Below, in pieces: positions 19,026 through 28,574 of a DNA stretch of 62,058 nt (position 1 is its first letter; the number at the start of each line of letters is the position of its first letter). The DNA is taken from positions 1 to 62,058 of IMG/VR virus record IMGVR_UViG_3300023170_004698, one strand, 5' to 3'. A program made the position numbers and the translations under genes. The notes under the pieces were generated by a model, which had not been told where the DNA came from, searched no databases, and was given only the letters and a program-made list of their open reading frames with translations. The stretch is from a virus. Its lineage: Duplodnaviria; Caudoviricetes.

Positions 19026-19361
19026 CTACTCTCCATATTCTTTTACGGCAGCAGCCATGGTTTCCGTTATATTAATCTGGCATCCAGATCGGTTGTTGGG
19101 GCAATTCTTTCCCACGAGAACGCTGTTTACCATGACTGCTTGGACTTCTTTTTCACAAGCATTACAAGGGAAAGTAAAGGCCTTGCTCTTTGTGTTTCTG
19201 ATTATATCGCCAGTTGTTTTCATCGACAACTTGCTAAACTCAGAAATATCAGGAAGAACATCTCCACACGTATTACATATTGCATTATTTGTCTCGACAT
19301 CTAAAGAGCAGTCTGTCTGCCCATTGCTTTCTTTGCATTTTGGATTACATCTAACTAACAT
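19026..19361 (-). CDS. Zinc-ribbon protein
   Basis: CNPKC, CNTC, CNAC, CP.....C. Confidence 0.7.
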   Translation of the reverse strand: MLVRCNPKCKESNGQTDCSLDVETNNAICNTCGDVLPDISEFSKLSMKTTGDIIRNTKSKAFTFPCNACEKEVQAVMVNSVLVGKNCPNNRSGCQINITETMAAAVKEYGE

Positions 19362-19362
19362 A

Positions 19363-20502
19363 TTACACCATTCCCAAAAGTGGATTATCCTCTAACTCTT
19401 CTGGCTCTGCCTCTGGCATAGCTTCGCCATTTATGTATATGTTCTGAACACTGGCCAGATAATCATCGACAAGATTATTTTCTACAAAATAAGCAAAAGC
19501 AGCGTCTCTGCCTCTTATTTTTTCCATACCTATCTGATAGCTCTGATTGTTTGGTCTATCAATCAGATTATATTTGATTGCTAGCTCAAAAACCTCTGTC
19601 GCAGTCTCGACTATCCCTTCTTCATACTTAATTTTGTACTCGGCCTGTCTAAAGGGTGCGCCGACTTTGTTTTTCTGAATTTTGGCCCGAACGGTATGCC
19701 CAATCCTCTCTTCATCGTCTCCTTTTATTACGGAGTCGGCAGAAAAAACTGGAGCCATATTTATCATTAAGCTGCAAGCATGCTTTAGAGCCTTTCCTCC
19801 AGGAGAGGTTGATGGGTCACCAAACATTTGCCCTAGATTTACCCTGACCTGATTGATTCCAATAAACGCTACATTGGCCTGGGCTACTACCGGAGTTAGC
19901 TTTTTAAGCTCTGTAGATAAGAATCTAGGTATTGGGGCCATATTTGCCTTACCCACTTCTGCCGATACCTCAAGCGGCGTATTTAAGACAGCAATTGAGT
20001 CAAGGACAATAATTCCTAGATTCTTAAACCTTGGATCACTACCCTCGATTACATGATCAAGGATGCCCTTCATTGCTTTGGATACCTTCTTTGTGGTCTT
20101 GTTTACCTTTACCTTTCCAATAAGGCCTTCAAAAATAGCCTTAGCATCATTTGTTTTGATGACAATGACTCGTGAAGTATCAACACCCTGCTTTTCCGCC
20201 CACTCAGGATCATAAGTATACTCTGCGTCAATGAAAAGAGCTGTATTTTCTGGATTCTTTTGCTGATACTCTCTAATGATTGATAGTGCAAGCATAGTTT
20301 TTCCAGAGCTTTCCTGTCCTGCAAGCTGAGTTATTCTCCCCAGCGGAATTCCTCCGATTCCTATTGCCTCATCAAGCTTTGGGCTTCCGGTGCTGACCGC
20401 CTCATACTTTGTTGCAATATTGCCATCAAAAAAAACAGTGTCTTCTCCAAAGAACTTTAGTATTTCTTTTTCTGCCTCTGTTTGTGTTACTCTTTTTGCC
20501 AT
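19363..20502 (-). CDS. recA: RecA recombinase
   Basis: STGSPKLDEAIGIGGIPLGRI, Walker A GQESSGKT, FIDAE, IIVLDS, INQVR, PGGKALKH, KNKVGAPFR. Confidence 0.95.
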   Translation of the reverse strand: MAKRVTQTEAEKEILKFFGEDTVFFDGNIATKYEAVSTGSPKLDEAIGIGGIPLGRITQLAGQESSGKTMLALSIIREYQQKNPENTALFIDAEYTYDPEWAEKQGVDTSRVIVIKTNDAKAIFEGLIGKVKVNKTTKKVSKAMKGILDHVIEGSDPRFKNLGIIVLDSIAVLNTPLEVSAEVGKANMAPIPRFLSTELKKLTPVVAQANVAFIGINQVRVNLGQMFGDPSTSPGGKALKHACSLMINMAPVFSADSVIKGDDEERIGHTVRAKIQKNKVGAPFRQAEYKIKYEEGIVETATEVFELAIKYNLIDRPNNQSYQIGMEKIRGRDAAFAYFVENNLVDDYLASVQNIYINGEAMPEAEPEELEDNPLLGMV

Positions 20503-20514
20503 AATGACTCCTAA

Positions 20515-22152
20515 TTAATATTTATGTGAAAGCTTTCCTTCTTCTGGCGGGCGCCACCCAGCGGGAGGTTGCCAGCTAGAAGGATTTTCCTTTTGCTCGG
20601 AAACTACTGCACCTGTATTTATAAGCAACATAGAGATGCTGGCAGCATTTTCTAGAGCGGTTCTTGTCACTTTCTTTGGATCAATCACGCCTGCTTTGAC
20701 TAAATCTTCAAAAGTATTTGTAGCAGCATTGTATCCAAAATTTGTGTTATCAGAGGCCAGTACTTTTTCAATTATTTCTCTTGAATCTAAGTCTGCATTT
20801 TCTACGATTTGCGTTATCGGTCTCTTGCATGCATCAATCACCACTTTTACTGCAGGCAAAATATCTTCTGAGAAGGAATCTAGATCAACTAAGCTTGATG
20901 CCCTAAGTAGTGCCGTCCCACCCCCGGGAACATAGCCCTCTTCTATCGCAGCCTTTGTTGCACATATAGCGTCCTCAACCCTATCGCCTTTTTCTCTCAA
21001 CTCAAGTTCTGTGGAGTATCCCACAGATATAATTGCGGCTTTACTTTTTAGAAAAGATATTCTATTTCTTGAGTCTATTAGCATTTTTTCTGATATAAGC
21101 TTCTGAGAATCAGATTCATATATTGCTAGCTTTTCTGCAACTCTGGCGTCATCTTTTCTGCCCTCTACAATCCTTGTAGAATATTGATTTACAATAACTC
21201 TACCTGCAAACCCCAAATCCTTCACTTCCATATCAACAACTGCGCACTCATCTCCAGCGACTACTGTTCCAACTAATGTGGAGAGAGCACTAATCCACTC
21301 TTCCTGAGCAACGCCTAGCACCGGAATCTTCACGGCAACAGCCTTAATTCTCCCCAGCCTGTTGTTGGCAATAAGAGTTTGCAAGACCTCTTTGTTAACA
21401 TCCTTTGCGAGTATAAGGACTGGAACATTTTCTTCGGAAAGTTTATGTAATAGCTTTAGGTAAAGATTAAGATTTGACATTTCCTCATTACATATAAGTA
21501 TTCGGCACTCCTCAAAGGCAATCTCCGCAGCACCCTCAAGGGCAAATCCTGGAGATATCCAGCCATTCTCTAGCTCTATTCCATCGACTATATTTACTGA
21601 GTTTCCAATTCCTGGAGATGCCTTTGCTATAACCGTTCCGTCCATATCTACTGCAACAAATGCTTCAGCAATACTCTCTCCCAAATCAGAGTCATTATTT
21701 GCAGATATAGTTGCAACATTCTTTAGATCATCAAAATTGTTAGCATCACTTTTCATCTCGTCTAACTTTTCAAAGATTGCCTGCTTTGCTGCCTCAACCC
21801 CATTTCTCAGAGAAAGCGGGGAATATCCATTTGATAAAAGCTCGCAGCCATTCTTTAAAATTTCATCAGCAAGAACTGTAGCTGTAGTTGTTCCGTCCCC
21901 AGCTATTGCGGCAGTTCTTCCTGCCGCCTCCTTTATAAGCTGGCAGGATAAATCTTCAACAGGATCGTCTAGAACTATTTCTCTAGCAACAGAAACGCCA
22001 TCCTTTGTAAGGACTGGCGCTCCAACAAACTTGCCCAATATAACGTTTTTACCTTGCGGACCCATAGTTACCGCAACAGTTTTTGATAGCTTTTCAGAAC
22101 CTGCCAAAATCTTTTCCCTAGCAGATTTGCTGTAAGTTAAATCCTTTGCCAT
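20515..22152 (-). CDS. groEL: Group I chaperonin GroEL-like
   Basis: VAVTMGPQGKNV, TKDGVSVA, AGDGTTTATVLA, ATISANND, EDAICATKAAIEEGYVPGGG, GVIDPKKVTRTALENA. Confidence 0.95.
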   Translation of the reverse strand: MAKDLTYSKSAREKILAGSEKLSKTVAVTMGPQGKNVILGKFVGAPVLTKDGVSVAREIVLDDPVEDLSCQLIKEAAGRTAAIAGDGTTTATVLADEILKNGCELLSNGYSPLSLRNGVEAAKQAIFEKLDEMKSDANNFDDLKNVATISANNDSDLGESIAEAFVAVDMDGTVIAKASPGIGNSVNIVDGIELENGWISPGFALEGAAEIAFEECRILICNEEMSNLNLYLKLLHKLSEENVPVLILAKDVNKEVLQTLIANNRLGRIKAVAVKIPVLGVAQEEWISALSTLVGTVVAGDECAVVDMEVKDLGFAGRVIVNQYSTRIVEGRKDDARVAEKLAIYESDSQKLISEKMLIDSRNRISFLKSKAAIISVGYSTELELREKGDRVEDAICATKAAIEEGYVPGGGTALLRASSLVDLDSFSEDILPAVKVVIDACKRPITQIVENADLDSREIIEKVLASDNTNFGYNAATNTFEDLVKAGVIDPKKVTRTALENAASISMLLINTGAVVSEQKENPSSWQPPAGWRPPEEGKLSHKY

Positions 22153-22687
22153 TATCCAACTCCTTGTAAATATGTGTTAGCGCTACAGCAATAGCATCAG
22201 CTTCGTCAAAGCACTCATCTTTTATAGTGCCTGTTTTCTTTTTTCTAATTTTAAAACTTTTAAATTTTTCAACAATAAAATCAAAAGCTTCTTCTTTTGA
22301 AGATATTTTTGTGCCAGCTATTTTGGATAAAACAGATCTTATTGAAATTACAGCATATCTATTAGGCTCAATGTTAATTGCTTTTATTGAGCCAATAGAG
22401 GTTACTTCATTAAATACAGACAAAACAATTATAGTTCTGGCCGTACTTCTTCCTCTTGAGAACTTATTCGCATAAGCCTCTATGGCAACAGAATCTGGAG
22501 ATTTATCAGATAAAAAATCAATTATTTTATCTAAATAATCTGCAGCCCTAACTGACAAAGATCCCTTTGCTGATTTCATTGGCTTTATATGCCCATATTC
22601 TTCTAGCTTGCAAATATTTTCATCATAAGAAAATAATGCCCAACCAACAGTTGAAGATGATATGTCTAATCCAATTACTTTATTCAT
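22118..22687 (-). CDS. ruvC: RuvC-like Holliday junction resolvase
   Basis: IGLDISSSTVGW, VAIE, DEADAIAVA acidic catalytic residues. Confidence 0.85.
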   Translation of the reverse strand: MNKVIGLDISSSTVGWALFSYDENICKLEEYGHIKPMKSAKGSLSVRAADYLDKIIDFLSDKSPDSVAIEAYANKFSRGRSTARTIIVLSVFNEVTSIGSIKAINIEPNRYAVISIRSVLSKIAGTKISSKEEAFDFIVEKFKSFKIRKKKTGTIKDECFDEADAIAVALTHIYKELDNGKGFNLQQIC

Positions 22688-22688
22688 A

Positions 22689-22724
22689 ACAAAAGGCGCG
22701 TAAAGATTATACTTTACGCGCCTT
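22689..22724 (-). terminator. Rho-independent terminator after ssb
   Basis: Perfect 13-bp inverted repeat AAGGCGCGTAAAG/CTTTACGCGCCTT with a 6-nt loop, followed on the minus strand by TTGTT. Confidence 0.8.
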
Positions 22725-22750
22725 AGAAAGTAATTTGTTTTTACAAAAAA

Positions 22751-23371
22751 CTATTCAAAATCAAAGTCAAAATCATCGTCCGAAGCCGTTGACTCCTCAG
22801 ATGTTGAGGAGGTATCTCCGGTAGACCATCCCATTCGCTCACAAACCGTCTCAGCAGTTGAGGGAGAGATTGCCTTTTCAAGATTGACCCTGTCGTTAAA
22901 CTCCATGAACTTCGCCTTGAAGTCAGACGATAAGCTCTCTTTTGGATTCGGCTGCACGCTGTAAAGAGGCTGCTGCCCAGGGGATCCGCGAAGAATGGTA
23001 ACATCATACTGAGTTACCTTGCCCCAGCGACTGTTGTTGTAAAGGGCCTTGATTCCATTATAAATCTGAGGGCCAACTTCAAGAAGGCGGAAGGTATCAT
23101 CGCTACGATCAAGAACCTTGATTAACCAGCGAGCCTGACGCTTAAAACCAGAGTCCTCAAGACGAGAAACAAGCTCAGGGTTATTTACGGGAGAGTTGAT
23201 CTTGCCCTTCTTGCCGTCTGCGCCTACAATCCAATGGATGTAAAACTGAACGGGATTGCCCATAATGCGGACTGTGTTTTCGCCCTCTTCGAGCCTCATG
23301 AAATCAGACTTTCCGCCTGAACCTGAGTCTGCTGAATTCCAATCTACTTCACCAAATACCATATTTGACAT
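22751..23371 (-). CDS. Phage single-stranded DNA-binding protein (gp32-like)
   Basis: DFMRLEEGENTVRIMG...HW, YDVTI.R.G....Y, acidic/aromatic tail DDDFDFDFE; in the replication module. Confidence 0.8.
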   Translation of the reverse strand: MSNMVFGEVDWNSADSGSGGKSDFMRLEEGENTVRIMGNPVQFYIHWIVGADGKKGKINSPVNNPELVSRLEDSGFKRQARWLIKVLDRSDDTFRLLEVGPQIYNGIKALYNNSRWGKVTQYDVTILRGSPGQQPLYSVQPNPKESLSSDFKAKFMEFNDRVNLEKAISPSTAETVCERMGWSTGDTSSTSEESTASDDDFDFDFE

Positions 23372-23442
23372 AATATTACTCCTATTATTGTTTTTGTGGC
23401 AGTTATCGCACCATGCGAATTTAGCCGGGTTTGTTTAAGGAT

Positions 23443-23997
23443 TTACTCCCAAGGACTATCGTTATCATCTATGATGATATCATCATCTTTTCCACTGGAT
23501 GGGAGTGATCCAGCAGATGCATCTATACCATTATACCCAATATTACTAGACATTTCTATAGAATAATCTCTTTTTAGGAATGTTTTTAGAGAGTAGTGCC
23601 AGCCCGAAAAATAGCTTGCCTTATTCTCTAGCCACTTCTTGCAAGCCTTGGCCATTACCAAGTTATTGCAAGCCTCAATATAATCGTCGTCAGCTTGGGC
23701 AAACCACTCTTTGTCTTTAGCTGTTTTGTGGCCAGCAGCCTTAGCTTTATTTAAAGCTGCATTAGACCAAGCTTTATTTTTTTCAGACTCCAATGATCCA
23801 ATAAGCCTATCCAGTTCGATTATTCTTTCTTGGCATAGATTTTGTGCTTCAAGAGTTAAAAGCAAACCTCTTTCTGCAATGTTAAGATCAACTATACCAC
23901 TTTTTGGAAGCATAGATATAATCTTTTTTATTGGTTCTATATCAATATTTGTTATTGAAAAATTATCGCTAAAAGCGACTTTATGCAAAAGCGTCAT
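23443..23997 (-). CDS. UvsY-like recombination mediator (putative)
   Basis: Helical protein with FAQADDDYIEA...KWLENK pattern, adjacent to ssb and near recA. Family call is inference. Confidence 0.5.
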   Translation of the reverse strand: MTLLHKVAFSDNFSITNIDIEPIKKIISMLPKSGIVDLNIAERGLLLTLEAQNLCQERIIELDRLIGSLESEKNKAWSNAALNKAKAAGHKTAKDKEWFAQADDDYIEACNNLVMAKACKKWLENKASYFSGWHYSLKTFLKRDYSIEMSSNIGYNGIDASAGSLPSSGKDDDIIIDDNDSPWE

Positions 23998-24323
23998 TGT
24001 TTCTCCAACCTTTTTTCCAGCCGCTCCAGCCTCTCCAATATATTAGGCGCCGCGCCGATTTGGTCAATAAAATTTTCAACTTTTTTTATTGAGCCTTCTA
24101 GAATTCTAACCCGCTGATTTACCATAACATTTAAAATAAAGTATATAACCATAATGTTTATACGCTGTCCAACTTGCGGCATAATGCCAGTTATTAGACC
24201 ATTTTTATCTGTTTCAAACAAGCCTACAAAATCGCGCTCTCCAACGGCCTCTCTTATCTGCAGGTAATATCTATACTCTGTATCATTTAAATCCAGCCTT
24301 TTATTTCCAACTGCTCTGATCAA
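23994..24323 (-). CDS. Hypothetical protein
   Basis: 109-aa ORF coupled to its neighbours by 4-nt overlaps. Confidence 0.7.
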   Translation of the reverse strand: MIRAVGNKRLDLNDTEYRYYLQIREAVGERDFVGLFETDKNGLITGIMPQVGQRINIMVIYFILNVMVNQRVRILEGSIKKVENFIDQIGAAPNILERLERLEKRLEKQ

Positions 24324-24829
24324 GAGTCTACCCTTCTAACCATTGCTCCTGGCTTATTTATTCTGTTTTCTTTGGCAATTCTTTTCAGCCTTTGTATGCG
24401 AAGATCTTCATCCATCTCTTCTGCGGTTAAGTCTGCCGATGAAGAAATCATTTCTTTTCTAACTTGTTCTCTTATATCTTCGTAAGATTCAGAATCCTCC
24501 TCTTCTTTCTCGCGTTTAGCCACCTCTGCGCTTACTCTGGCCACCTTTTCCTCTCCAGATTCCTCTTCCGGCTCTGAGGCTTCCTCCTTTTCGACATCAA
24601 GGCTCGGCGGGAAAAACTCGATCAACATGAACAAGGCTATATCAAAGATATCATCAGAATCTAATTTGCTAGAAAACGGCTGATTTGTTACTTTATTTTT
24701 AAATATATCTAACCTTCTTTTATGCACCTCTCCCAGCAAGGCGCTTCCGCATGCAGGGCAGCAGTTGTTTGTTATTGCATGACGCATACTTTGCTGCACA
24801 GAAAAATTGCATTTTCTACATTCAATCAT
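24320..24829 (-). CDS. Zinc-ribbon protein with acidic C-terminus
   Basis: CRKC and CCPAC; ATGA overlap with the dnaE stop. Confidence 0.7.
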   Translation of the reverse strand: MIECRKCNFSVQQSMRHAITNNCCPACGSALLGEVHKRRLDIFKNKVTNQPFSSKLDSDDIFDIALFMLIEFFPPSLDVEKEEASEPEEESGEEKVARVSAEVAKREKEEEDSESYEDIREQVRKEMISSSADLTAEEMDEDLRIQRLKRIAKENRINKPGAMVRRVDS

Positions 24830-27800
24830 ATGTTTCTCCCATATACTCTTTCTAATGATGAAAGGGCTAGATCTTTTTGGCCCATGTATTCGTTAACTTT
24901 GCAAATAGCTTTGATTGGCAAGCCTTCTTTTAAGACCATCTTATATTTATCATAGTCATCGGCCCAAAGAGTTAGGCCGCAAGTATCACCATTTACATCT
25001 TCTACTAAATATTTTGCAAATTTTCTACCAACATTTTTGCCATTTTTAATCTTGAATTCTTTTATCTTGGTCTTTATTATAGCCTCAATTTTAACTCTGG
25101 CACCACTATTTTGATCCTCGACCTCTTTTAGCGGAGTAACGAACGGCCCGCCGCTAAAGAAGCTTGAAAAAACCTCATGCAGACTGCCAGAGATCGATCT
25201 TCCAAGAACCTCTCTTTCATAGAGTAGAATTTCTTTTCTATCCCATTCATCGTCAGATACGGCATAGATAAGGCCGGAAATTATATCTGAGAACCTATCT
25301 GTCTCAGGGCCTATATCAAATTTGCCAAATAACTTATCTCTGATATCTTTTGTTATCTTTTTTATCTCAGGATGAGCATCAAGAATGTCTTTTTCAACCT
25401 CTTTCTTTATAGCATTCTTTGCCTTTGATCTATACTTTTGATAATTATCATGCATATCCATTCTTGTAAGATCAAAGGAATCTAGAGCACCAGCCTTTGC
25501 TAAAGATTGAATAACGGTTTTTCCTACAGTTCGGCTGTTGTTTTTTGATACAAATTCTATGAAAGAAGTATACGGCTGCATTTCTACAATTGATTCAATA
25601 GCTTTCTCTCCAACACCTTTAATTGCTGATAGTCCGGTCGATATAACCATATCCTCTAGAACCTTGTAATTGCCGATTGAATCATTAACATTTGGATTTA
25701 CGATTCTTATTCCCATCGACTTGCACTCTGAGAGATATTCCTGAGCCTTATCAGAGTTTGGATCTTCAGAGTTAAGTAGAGCACACATAAATTGTGTAGG
25801 ATAATGACATCTTAACCAAGCGGTATAAAATGAAATGTGAGAGTAAGAAATAGAGTGTGACTTATTGAATGCATAGCCACCAAGAGGCTCGATGTACCTC
25901 TTCCAGATAAGGCAAGCGGTCTTGTAATCCATTCCGGAATTTTCCATACAGTCTTTTACAAAGTTTGCCTCAGTTTTTAGAACAAGGTCTGGATCCTTGC
26001 CCTTTAGCTTGCTGATTTTTCTTAGCGAGTCAGCCTGATTTAGGTCCCATCCGGCGCAATCTTGAGCAATAAACATTGCCTGCTCCTCATAAACGAGGAT
26101 GCCATAGGTTTTCTTCAGTGCTCTTTCGAGCTTAGGATGATCATACTTGGTCGGTTCAAGGCCGAGCCTTCTTTTTGCGTACTTTTTTCTTTCCTCTGGA
26201 AGGCACGAAGGTCTGCCGATAGCGTTAATATCAGATATGTCCTCAATACATTTTGGCTTTAGCTTTATGCAGAAAGGCGTAAGTGATGACTCTAACTGAA
26301 ATACTCCAGCTGTTTCACCTCGACCAAGCATTGCATATACCTTTTGATCGTTAAGATCAATATCCTCAATAGATACGTCCTTCCCCGTAGACGACTTGAT
26401 GAGTCTAAAGGTATTATCTATAACGGTTAGAGTTTTAAGGCCCAGAAGGTCCATCTTAATTAGACCATTAGTTTCGCAGCGATTCTTCTCCCACTGCGTA
26501 ACAACGCCACCCTCATCATCGATTCTTAACGGAACAGTTTTATGAAGAGGCTCCTCTCCAATCACCATGCCGGCAGCGTGAACAGACCAATTTCTAGTTA
26601 GATTCTGTAGCTTTCCGCCATACTCATAAAGATCAGGGTATTTTTGCATATAAGCTGCAAACTGATCGCTCTCGCCCATTGCTTTTTCAAGCGTTTTTGC
26701 GTCAGGCATAATAGAGGTAATGTGATTTGCTATCTTAAATGCAGCCGTTTTATCTCCGCCAAGCCTTAGGCTTCTCGCAACATCCTTGATTACAACCTTC
26801 GGAGACAGGGTGCTCCAGTTTGAGATGGAGGCGACCCTATCCTCTCCGTACTTTTCTTTGATATACTCTTTCACTAGAGAAGGATCTGAAAAGTCAGTAT
26901 CAATATCAGGGAAAGATTTCTTTTGGTTGTTATGGAACCTTTCAAAGATCAAGTCATACTCGATAGGGTCCACGCCCGTAATGCCTGTCAAGTAAGCGAC
27001 AAGCGAGCCAGCAGAGCTTCCTCTGGCTGGACCAACCGGCATTCTTTGCTTAGCCCAATTAATATAGTCGGAAACGATTAGCATGTAAGATGAGAAGTTT
27101 TTGTCTTCAAGAACAGATAACTCCATCTTTACTCGGTCCCAATAAAAATCTCGATCCTCTTCAGACAGGTGGGAGAACTTCTCTTTAAAGCCCTCTATGC
27201 ACTTATAGCGAAGATAAGATTGATCTTCCGGGATTGTCGATCTACTCCTCTCCTTCCAAGAGGAGAACTCAGAATAATCATCCTGATTTTCTACAGGGAA
27301 AGCGGGCAATCTTGGGCCATCGGGCTTTATGTATGACGGCTCTTGACATGACTCCATAATTTTTATTGTATTTGCCATCCCAAGCTCAGCAACATCTCGG
27401 CCAAAGAAGTCGATAATTTCTTCATGAGTTTTTAGATACATATCTTGAACGCCATACCTAAAGCGATCTGGATCATCTACTGCTTTCTTATCCTTGATTG
27501 CAAGCATAAAATCATGATACTTAGCGTGCTCTTTGTCTCGATAGTGAGCATCACATGTAATTACATAAGGAATATCATAATCTCTAGAGATTTTCAAAAG
27601 AGATTGATTCAGCTTTTGCTGATTTACCTCTTTTCCGTTTTTTCCTACGGCATGTAAAGCATGGGGCTGCAACTCAAGAAAGAACCTATCTCCAAAGATA
27701 GACTTAAACATCGAGATGTACCTAAGTGCATTAGCCTCATCTTGCTCAGTGATAAGAGTCTTTGCGATTAGTCCGTTAGAGCAAGCTGTAAGTGCAACAA

Positions 27801-28197
27801 CTCCTTCGTTGTGGTCGCGAATATGCTCCCATGTAATTCTGGGGGTCTTTTTGCCCATATACCCGGCTACCTGATTTTGGAAAGCAAGATAGTTGAGCGT
27901 CAATATATTCTCATAACCTTTTTCATTTTGGGCAAGCAAAACTAAGTGATGGCTTTTCTTTGCCTCTAGATCATCAGCAAAGTAAGCCTCCATACCAGGG
28001 ATCAGCTTTACGCCAGTTTCCTGTGATGCAAGATAAGCGTCATACATTGCAGTCATAGTACCGTGATCTGTAACGGCTACGGCTGGATGATCGACTTCTT
28101 TGGCTCTTACAAATAAATCCTTTACATCATTCATCCCGTCTAGGGGACTTCCTAGCTCAGTATGATTATGCAAAGATATAAAAGGCCCTTTTGGCAT
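24826..28197 (-). CDS. dnaE: DNA polymerase III alpha subunit (family C)
   Basis: PHP domain (LHNHT, AVTDHG, TCDAHY), GPARGSSAGSLVAY, FERF, PDIDTDF, HAAG, KMDLLGL, YAFNKSHS, C-terminal OB fold; no intein seen. Confidence 0.97.
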   Translation of the reverse strand: MPKGPFISLHNHTELGSPLDGMNDVKDLFVRAKEVDHPAVAVTDHGTMTAMYDAYLASQETGVKLIPGMEAYFADDLEAKKSHHLVLLAQNEKGYENILTLNYLAFQNQVAGYMGKKTPRITWEHIRDHNEGVVALTACSNGLIAKTLITEQDEANALRYISMFKSIFGDRFFLELQPHALHAVGKNGKEVNQQKLNQSLLKISRDYDIPYVITCDAHYRDKEHAKYHDFMLAIKDKKAVDDPDRFRYGVQDMYLKTHEEIIDFFGRDVAELGMANTIKIMESCQEPSYIKPDGPRLPAFPVENQDDYSEFSSWKERSRSTIPEDQSYLRYKCIEGFKEKFSHLSEEDRDFYWDRVKMELSVLEDKNFSSYMLIVSDYINWAKQRMPVGPARGSSAGSLVAYLTGITGVDPIEYDLIFERFHNNQKKSFPDIDTDFSDPSLVKEYIKEKYGEDRVASISNWSTLSPKVVIKDVARSLRLGGDKTAAFKIANHITSIMPDAKTLEKAMGESDQFAAYMQKYPDLYEYGGKLQNLTRNWSVHAAGMVIGEEPLHKTVPLRIDDEGGVVTQWEKNRCETNGLIKMDLLGLKTLTVIDNTFRLIKSSTGKDVSIEDIDLNDQKVYAMLGRGETAGVFQLESSLTPFCIKLKPKCIEDISDINAIGRPSCLPEERKKYAKRRLGLEPTKYDHPKLERALKKTYGILVYEEQAMFIAQDCAGWDLNQADSLRKISKLKGKDPDLVLKTEANFVKDCMENSGMDYKTACLIWKRYIEPLGGYAFNKSHSISYSHISFYTAWLRCHYPTQFMCALLNSEDPNSDKAQEYLSECKSMGIRIVNPNVNDSIGNYKVLEDMVISTGLSAIKGVGEKAIESIVEMQPYTSFIEFVSKNNSRTVGKTVIQSLAKAGALDSFDLTRMDMHDNYQKYRSKAKNAIKKEVEKDILDAHPEIKKITKDIRDKLFGKFDIGPETDRFSDIISGLIYAVSDDEWDRKEILLYEREVLGRSISGSLHEVFSSFFSGGPFVTPLKEVEDQNSGARVKIEAIIKTKIKEFKIKNGKNVGRKFAKYLVEDVNGDTCGLTLWADDYDKYKMVLKEGLPIKAICKVNEYMGQKDLALSSLERVYGRNI

Positions 28198-28220
28198 TTA
28201 GCATTCTCCTTGATTTATAT

Positions 28221-28252
28221 AAAAAATGGATGCAAATTTCTTTACACCCATT
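28221..28252 (-). terminator. Rho-independent terminator between the dsbA-like gene and dnaE
   Basis: Minus strand AATGGGTGTAAA-GAAA-TTTGCATCCATT plus T run (G-U pairs, GNRA loop); a second hairpin lies at 28253-28278. Confidence 0.7.
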
Positions 28253-28278
28253 GTAGTCACGGCGCTGAAAATGGCTAC

Positions 28279-28560
28279 TTATTCAGTAACCATATCCTGA
28301 ATATTGTCGTAAATTTCGTTAACAACATCCATATCAAGCTCCTGCTTCGCAGCACGAAGAGCTTGAGTAAGCTCCTTCTTGGGAAGGCTCTTGTTCTTAA
28401 TGAAATCTGCCGACCACTCGCGCCTTGCAGACTGCAGGTCCTTGATCTGAAGCTCGTAAACCATGTATTGTTTTACATACTCCTTAACATCATCCATTGA
28501 CCAAGTGGTGTTTTCGGTGCCGTCATCTGACTCGTTAAAAATTCTCAAAACTCCTGACAT
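28279..28560 (-). CDS. T4 DsbA/GapR (DUF2312)-like dsDNA-binding protein
   Basis: 93-aa helical protein VKEYVKQYMVYELQIKDLQSARRE...LPKKELTQALRAAK; strong AGGAG RBS. Confidence 0.55.
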   Translation of the reverse strand: MSGVLRIFNESDDGTENTTWSMDDVKEYVKQYMVYELQIKDLQSARREWSADFIKNKSLPKKELTQALRAAKQELDMDVVNEIYDNIQDMVTE

Positions 28561-28574
28561 TATTTTCTCCTATT

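Noticed and set aside
22706-22711. TATAAT in the loop of the ssb terminator as a promoter
   Set aside because: No -35 at a suitable spacing; the terminator role is sufficient.
24826-28197. Inteins or introns in dnaE, recA or terL
   Set aside because: Lengths are normal, motifs are contiguous, and no intein termini or LAGLIDADG motifs were seen.
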